DNA from: Eledone cirrhosa
Taxonomy: Eukaryota
Direction of reading: 5' to 3'
Length of the DNA stretch: 64,000 bases
NCBI GenBank assembly: GCA_964016885.1
Contig: OZ024740.1
Location: 16,492,001-16,556,000, forward strand
Each line of letters begins with the position of its first letter. Within the stretch, counting starts at the first letter, position 1. The notes beneath the pieces are model-generated. The model was not told the DNA's origin. It saw nothing but the letters and a program-made list of their open reading frames with translations, and did not search any database. Of this stretch, positions 58,348 through 64,000 are shown piece by piece. The position numbers and the translations under genes were made by a program.

Positions 58348-61300
58348 GTAAATATGGTGGCTTCTGGATAGAGGTTTACAGGGAGACATCAGTGTAAATA
58401 TGGTGGCTTCTGGACAGAGGTTTACAGGGAGACATCAGTGTAAATATGGTGGCTTCTGGACAGAGGTTTACAGGGAGACATCAGTGTAAATGTGGTGGCA
58501 TCTGGACAGAGGTTTACAATGAGACATCAGTGTAAATATGGTGGCTTCTGGACAGAGCTTTACAGGGAGACATCAGTGTACATATGGTGGCTTCTAGACA
58601 GAGGTTTACAGGGAGACATCAGTGTAAATATGGTGGCTTCTAGACAGAGGTTTACAGGGAGTCATCAGTGTAAATATGGTGGTTTCTAGACGGAGGTTTA
58701 CAGGGAGATATGAGTGTAAATATGGTGTCTTCTGGACAGAGGTTTACAGGGAGATATGAGTGTAAATATGGTGTCTTCTGGACAGAGCTTTACAGGGAGA
58801 TATCAGAGTAAATATGGTGGTTTCTGGGCAGAGCTTTACAGGGAGATATCAGAGTAAATATGGTGGCTTCTAGACAAAGCTTTACAGGGAGACATCAGTG
58901 TAAATATAGTGGCTTCTGGAGAGAGGATTACAGGGAGACATCAGTGTAAATATGTTGGCTTCTAGACAGAGGTTTACAGGGAGACATCAGTGTAAATATG
59001 GTGGCTTCTGGATAGAGGTTTACAGGGAGACATCAGTGTAAATATGGTGGCTTCTGGACAGAGGTTTACAGGGAGACATCAGTGTAAATATGGTGGCATC
59101 TAGACAGAGATTTACAGGGAGACATCAGAGTAAATATGGTGGCTTCTAGATAGAGGTTTACCGGGAGACTTCAGTGTAAATATGGTGGCTTCTAGACAGA
59201 GGTTTACTGGGAGACATCACTGTAAATATGGTGGCTTCTAGACAGAGGTTTACTGAGAGACATCAGTGTAAATATGGTGGCTTCTAGACAGAGCTTTACA
59301 GGGAGACATCAGTGTAAATATGGTGGCTTCTGGACAGATGTTTACAGGTAGACATCAGTGTAAATATGTTGGCTTCTAGACAGAGGTTTACAGGGAGACA
59401 TCAGTGTAAATATGGTGGCTTCTGGATAGAGGTTTACAGGGAGACATCAGTGTAAATAGGGTGGCTTCTGGACAGAGGTTTACAGGGAGACATCAGTGTA
59501 AATATGGTGGCTTCTGGACAGAGCTTTACAGGGAGATATCAGTGTAAATATGGTGGCTTCTGGACAGAGGTCTACAGGGAGACATCAGTGTAAATATGGT
59601 GGCATCTGGACAGAGGTTTACAGGGAGACATAAGTGTAAATATGGTGGGCCTAGACAGGTTTACAAGGAGACATCTGTGTAAATATGGTGGCTTCTGGAC
59701 AGATGTTTACAGGGAGAAATCAGTGTAAATATGGTGGCTTCTAGACAGAGCTTTACAGGGAGACATCAGTGTAAATATGGTTGCTTCTAGACAGAGGTTT
59801 ACAGGGAGACATCAGCGTAAGTATGGTGGCTTCTGGACAGAGGTTTACAGGGAGACATCAGTGTATATATGGTGGCTTCTGGATAGAGGTTTGCAGGGAG
59901 ACATCAGTGTAAATATGGTGGCTTCTGGACAGAGGTTTACAGGGAGACATCAGTGTAAATATGGTGGCTTCTGGACAGAGGTTTACAGGGAGATATCAAT
60001 GTAAATATGGTGGCTTATGGACAGAGGTTTACAGGGAGACATCAGTGTAAATATGGTGGCTTCTAGACAGAGCTTTACAGGGAGACATTAGTGTAAATAT
60101 GGTGGCTTCTGGACAGAGGTTTACAGGGAGATATCAGAGTAAATATGGTGGCTTCTAGACAAAGCTTTACAGGGAGACATCAGTGTAAATGTGGTGGCTT
60201 CTAGACAGAGGTTTACTGGGAGACATCTGTGTAAATATGGTGGCTTCTAGACAAAGTTTTACAGGGAGAAATCAGTGTAAATATGGTGGCTTCTAGACAG
60301 AGCTTTACAGGGAGACATCAGTGTAAATATGGTGGCTTCTAGACAGAGCTTTACAGGGAGACATCAGTGTAAAAATGGTTGCTTCTGGACAGAGGTTTAC
60401 AGGGAGACATCAGTGTAAATATGGTGGCTTCTGGACAGATGTTTACAGGGAGACATCAGTGTAAATATGGTGGCTTCTGGATAGAGGTTTACAGGGAGAC
60501 ATCAGTGTAAATATGGTGGCTTCTGGACAGAGGTTTACAGGGAGACATCAGTGTAAATATGGTGGCAGCTGGACAGAGGTTTACAGGGACACATCAGTGT
60601 AAATATGGTGGCTTCTGGACAGAGCTTTACAGGGAGACATCAGTGGTGTAAATATGGTGGCTTCTGGACAGAGATTTACAGGGAGACATCAGTGTAAATA
60701 TGGTGGCATCTGGACAAAGGTTTACAGGGACACATCAGTGTAAATATGGTGACTTCTAGACAGAGCTTTTCAGGGAGATATCAGAGTAAATATGGTGGCT
60801 TCTGGATAGAGGTTTACAGGGAGACATCAGTGTAAATATGGTGGCTTCTGGACAGAGGTTTACAGGGAGACATCAGTGTAAATATGGTGGCTTCTGGACA
60901 GAGGTTTACAGGGAGACATCAGTGTAAATGTGGTGGCATCTGGACAGAGGTTTACAATGAGACATCAGTGTAAATATGGTGGCTTCTGGACAGAGCTTTA
61001 CAGGGAGACATCAGTGTACATATGGTGGCTTCTAGACAGAGGTTTACAGGGAGACATCAGTGTAAATATGGTGGCTTCTAGACAGAGGTTTACAGGGAGT
61101 CATCAGTGTAAATATGGTGGTTTCTAGACGGAGGTTTACAGGGAGATATGAGTGTAAATATGGTGTCTTCTGGACAGAGGTTTACAGGGAGATATGAGTG
61201 TAAATATGGTGTCTTCTGGACAGAGCTTTACAGGGAGATATCAGAGTAAATATGGTGGTTTCTGGGCAGAGCTTTACAGGGAGATATCAGAGTAAATATG

Positions 61301-63244
61301 GTGGCTTCTAGACAAAGCTTTACAGGGAGACATCAGTGTAAATATAGTGGCTTCTGGAGAGAGGATTACAGGGAGACATCAGTGTAAATATGTTGGCTTC
61401 TAGACAGAGGTTTACAGGGAGACATCAGTGTAAATATGGTGGCTTCTGGATAGAGGTTTACAGGGAGACATCAGTGTAAATATGGTGGCTTCTGGACAGA
61501 GGTTTACAGGGAGACATCAGTGTAAATATGGTGGCATCTAGACAGAGATTTACAGGGAGACATCAGAGTAAATATGGTGGCTTCTAGATAGAGGTTTACC
61601 GGGAGACTTCAGTGTAAATATGGTGGCTTCTAGACAGAGGTTTACTGGGAGACATCACTGTAAATATGGTGGCTTCTAGACAGAGGTTTACTGAGAGACA
61701 TCAGTGTAAATATGGTGGCTTCTAGACAGAGCTTTACAGGGAGACATCAGTGTAAATATCGTGGCTTCTGGACAGATGTTTACAGGTAGACATCAGTGTA
61801 AATATGTTGGCTTCTAGACAGAGGTTTACAGGGAGACATCAGTGTAAATATGGTGGCTTCTGGATAGAGGTTTACAGGGAGACATCAGTGTAAATAGGGT
61901 GGCTTCTGGACAGAGGTTTACAGGGAGACATCAGTGTAAATATGGTGGCTTCTGGACAGAGCTTTACAGGGAGATATCAGTGTAAATATGGTGGCTTCTG
62001 GACAGAGGTCTACAGGGAGACATCAGTGTAAATATGGTGGCATCTGGACAGAGGTTTACAGGGAGACATAAGTGTAAATATGGTGGGCCTAGACAGGTTT
62101 ACAAGGAGACATCTGTGTAAATATGGTGGCTTCTGGACAGATGTTTACAGGGAGAAATCAGTGTAAATATGGTGGCTTCTAGACAGAGCTTTACAGGGAG
62201 ACATCAGTGTAAATATGGTTGCTTCTAGACAGAGGTTTACAGGGAGACATCAGCGTAAGTATGGTGGCTTCTGGACAGAGGTTTACAGGGAGACATCAGT
62301 GTATATATGGTGGCTTCTGGATAGAGGTTTGCAGGGAGACATCAGTGTAAATATGGTGGCTTCTGGACAGAGGTTTACAGGGAGACATCAGTGTAAATAT
62401 GGTGGCTTCTGGACAGAGGTTTACAGGGAGATATCAATGTAAATATGGTGGCTTATGGACAGAGGTTTACAGGGAGACATCAGTGTAAATATGGTGGCTT
62501 CTAGACAGAGCTTTACAGGGAGACATTAGTGTAAATATGGTGGCTTCTGGACAGAGGTTTACAGGGAGATATCAGAGTAAATATGGTGGCTTCTAGACAA
62601 AGCTTTACAGGGAGACATCAGTGTAAATGTGGTGGCTTCTAGACAGAGGTTTACTGGGAGACATCTGTGTAAATATGGTGGCTTCTAGACAAAGTTTTAC
62701 AGGGAGAAATCAGTGTAAATATGGTGGCTTCTAGACAGAGCTTTACAGGGAGACATCAGTGTAAATATGGTGGCTTCTAGACAGAGCTTTACAGGGAGAC
62801 ATCAGTGTAAAAATGGTTGCTTCTGGACAGAGGTTTACAGGGAGACATCAGTGTAAATATGGTGGCTTCTGGACAGATGTTTACAGGGAGACATCAGTGT
62901 AAATATGGTGGCTTCTGGATAGAGGTTTACAGGGAGACATCAGTGTAAATATGGTGGCTTCTGGACAGAGGTTTACAGGGAGACATCAGTGTAAATATGG
63001 TGGCAGCTGGACAGAGGTTTACAGGGACACATCAGTGTAAATATGGTGGCTTCTGGACAGAGCTTTACAGGGAGACATCAGTGGTGTAAATATGGTGGCT
63101 TCTGGACAGAGATTTACAGGGAGACATCAGTGTAAATATGGTGGCATCTGGACAAAGGTTTACAGGGACACATCAGTGTAAATATGGTGACTTCTAGACA
63201 GAGCTTTTCAGGGAGATATCAGAGTAAATATGGTGGCTTCTGGA
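58348..63244. repeat. Tandem higher-order duplication of 53 monomers (2,438 bp)
   Basis: ORF pairs 58492/60930 and 59777/62215 are both offset by 2438 = 53x46, with the internal +3 and -3 variants cancelling. The junction lies within ~60786-60806. Confidence 0.92.
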
Positions 63245-64000
63245 CAGAGGTTTACAGGGAGACATCAGTGTAAATAAGGTAGCTTCTAGACGGAGGTTTA
63301 CAGGGAGACATCAGTGTAAATATGGTGGCTTCTGGATAGAGGTTTACAGGGAGACATCAGTGTAAATATGGTGGCTTCTGGACAGAGTTTACAGGGAGGC
63401 ATTAGTGTAAATATGGTGGCTTCTGGACAGAGGTTTATAGGGAGATATCAGTGTTAATATGGTGGCTTCTGGACAGAGGTTTACAGGGAGACATCAGTGT
63501 AAATGTGGTGGCATCTGGACAGAGGTTTACAATGAGACATCGGTGTAAATATGGTGGCTTCTGGACAGAGCTTTACAGGGAGACATGAGTGTAAATATGG
63601 TGGCTTCTAGACAGAGGTTTACAGGGAGACATCAGTGTAAATATGGTGGCTTCTAGACAGAGGTTTACAGGGAGACATCAGTCTAAATATGGTGGTTTCT
63701 AGACGGAGGTTTACAGGGAGATATCAGTGTAAATATGGTGTCTTCTGGACAGAGGTTTACAGGGAGATATCAGTGTAAATATGGTGTCTTCTGGACAGAG
63801 CTTTACAGGGAGATATCAGAGTAAATATGGTGGCTTCTGGACAGAGCTTTACAGGGAGATATCAGAGTAAATATGGTGGCTTCTAGACAAAGCTTTACAG
63901 GGAGACATCAGTGTAAATATGGTGGCATCTAGACAGAGATTTACAGGGAGACATCAGAGTAAATATGGTGGCTTCTAGATAGAGGTTTACAGGAAGACTT

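Larger units (their letters stand above)
1..64000. repeat. 46-bp tandem satellite/minisatellite array, about 1,390 head-to-tail monomers, incomplete at both ends
   Basis: The unit GTGTAAATATGGTGGCTTCTRGACAGAGSTTTACAGGGAGAYATCA (46 nt) is visible in every line from first to last. Most monomers differ from consensus by only a few substitutions. I saw no inversion or unique insert. Confidence 0.99.

Noticed and set aside
1279-62442. The 24 short plus-strand ORFs (MVASGQRFTGRHQCKYGGFWTEVYRETSV-type peptides)
   Set aside because: They are translations of the 46-bp repeat cycling through three frames. They exceed about 46 codons only where the TAA in GTGTAAAT is mutated or bypassed. There is no unique sequence, recognisable domain or gene context.
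1-64000. CRISPR array
   Set aside because: There are no unique spacers because the whole 46-bp unit is repeated. No leader or cas gene is present.
1-64000. Giant repetitive protein under a TAA/TAG-reassigned genetic code (the plus-strand consensus has no TGA)
   Set aside because: The unit length is not a multiple of 3, TGA-creating variants are common (GTTGAT, AATGAG, GTGAAT, GGTGAC), 1-2 bp indels are tolerated, and there is no codon-position pattern in the variation.
1-64000. Tandem tRNA, 5S, snRNA or other ncRNA gene array
   Set aside because: The unit is too short and has no cloverleaf, recognisable Pol III A/B boxes or consistent oligo-T terminator. The only pairing is a 6-bp stem.
1-64000. 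Telomeric repeat or strong G-quadruplex array
   Set aside because: There is no TTAGGG-type unit and only one GGG run per 46 bp, so loops are too long for a canonical G4.
1-64000. Diversity-generating cassette library (DGR, antigenic-variation or integron-like array)
   Set aside because: There is no reverse transcriptase, recombinase or expression locus. Variants are inherited in duplicated blocks, as expected from ordinary satellite turnover.
1-64000. Purely technical concatemer (rolling-circle or sequencing artefact)
   Set aside because: Variants recur in ordered, nested blocks with stepwise mutation series, which random error on a single template would not produce. Local mis-assembly remains possible.

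Overview
The whole 64,000-bp window is one uninterrupted, head-to-tail tandem array (satellite or very large minisatellite) of a 46-bp monomer, consensus GTGTAAATATGGTGGCTTCT(G/A)GACAGAG(G/C)TTTACAGGGAGA(C/T)ATCA, about 1,390 copies (64000/46), all in one orientation and running off both window ends. I saw no unique sequence, gene, RNA gene, transposon insertion or CRISPR spacer. All listed ORFs are translation artefacts: 46 is not a multiple of 3, so reading cycles through all three frames with a 138-nt / 46-codon period, and ORFs lengthen only where the monomer's TAA is mutated. The real information lies in the monomer variants (substitutions and 43, 44, 45, 47 and 49-bp length variants). 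These reveal nested, irregular higher-order duplications (9, 13, 31/40, 53, 72 and 73 monomers), long-range block copies (about 10.5, 13.2 and 23.4 kb apart) and a left-to-right zonation of variant types. The consensus has no CpG, is strongly G-skewed, and contains an internal inverted repeat (TGTAAA/TTTACA) plus forkhead-like and YY1-like motifs. It looks eukaryotic, but I do not recognise the family or the organism. I found no support for a novel protein-coding system. Block boundaries were determined by eye and are approximate.
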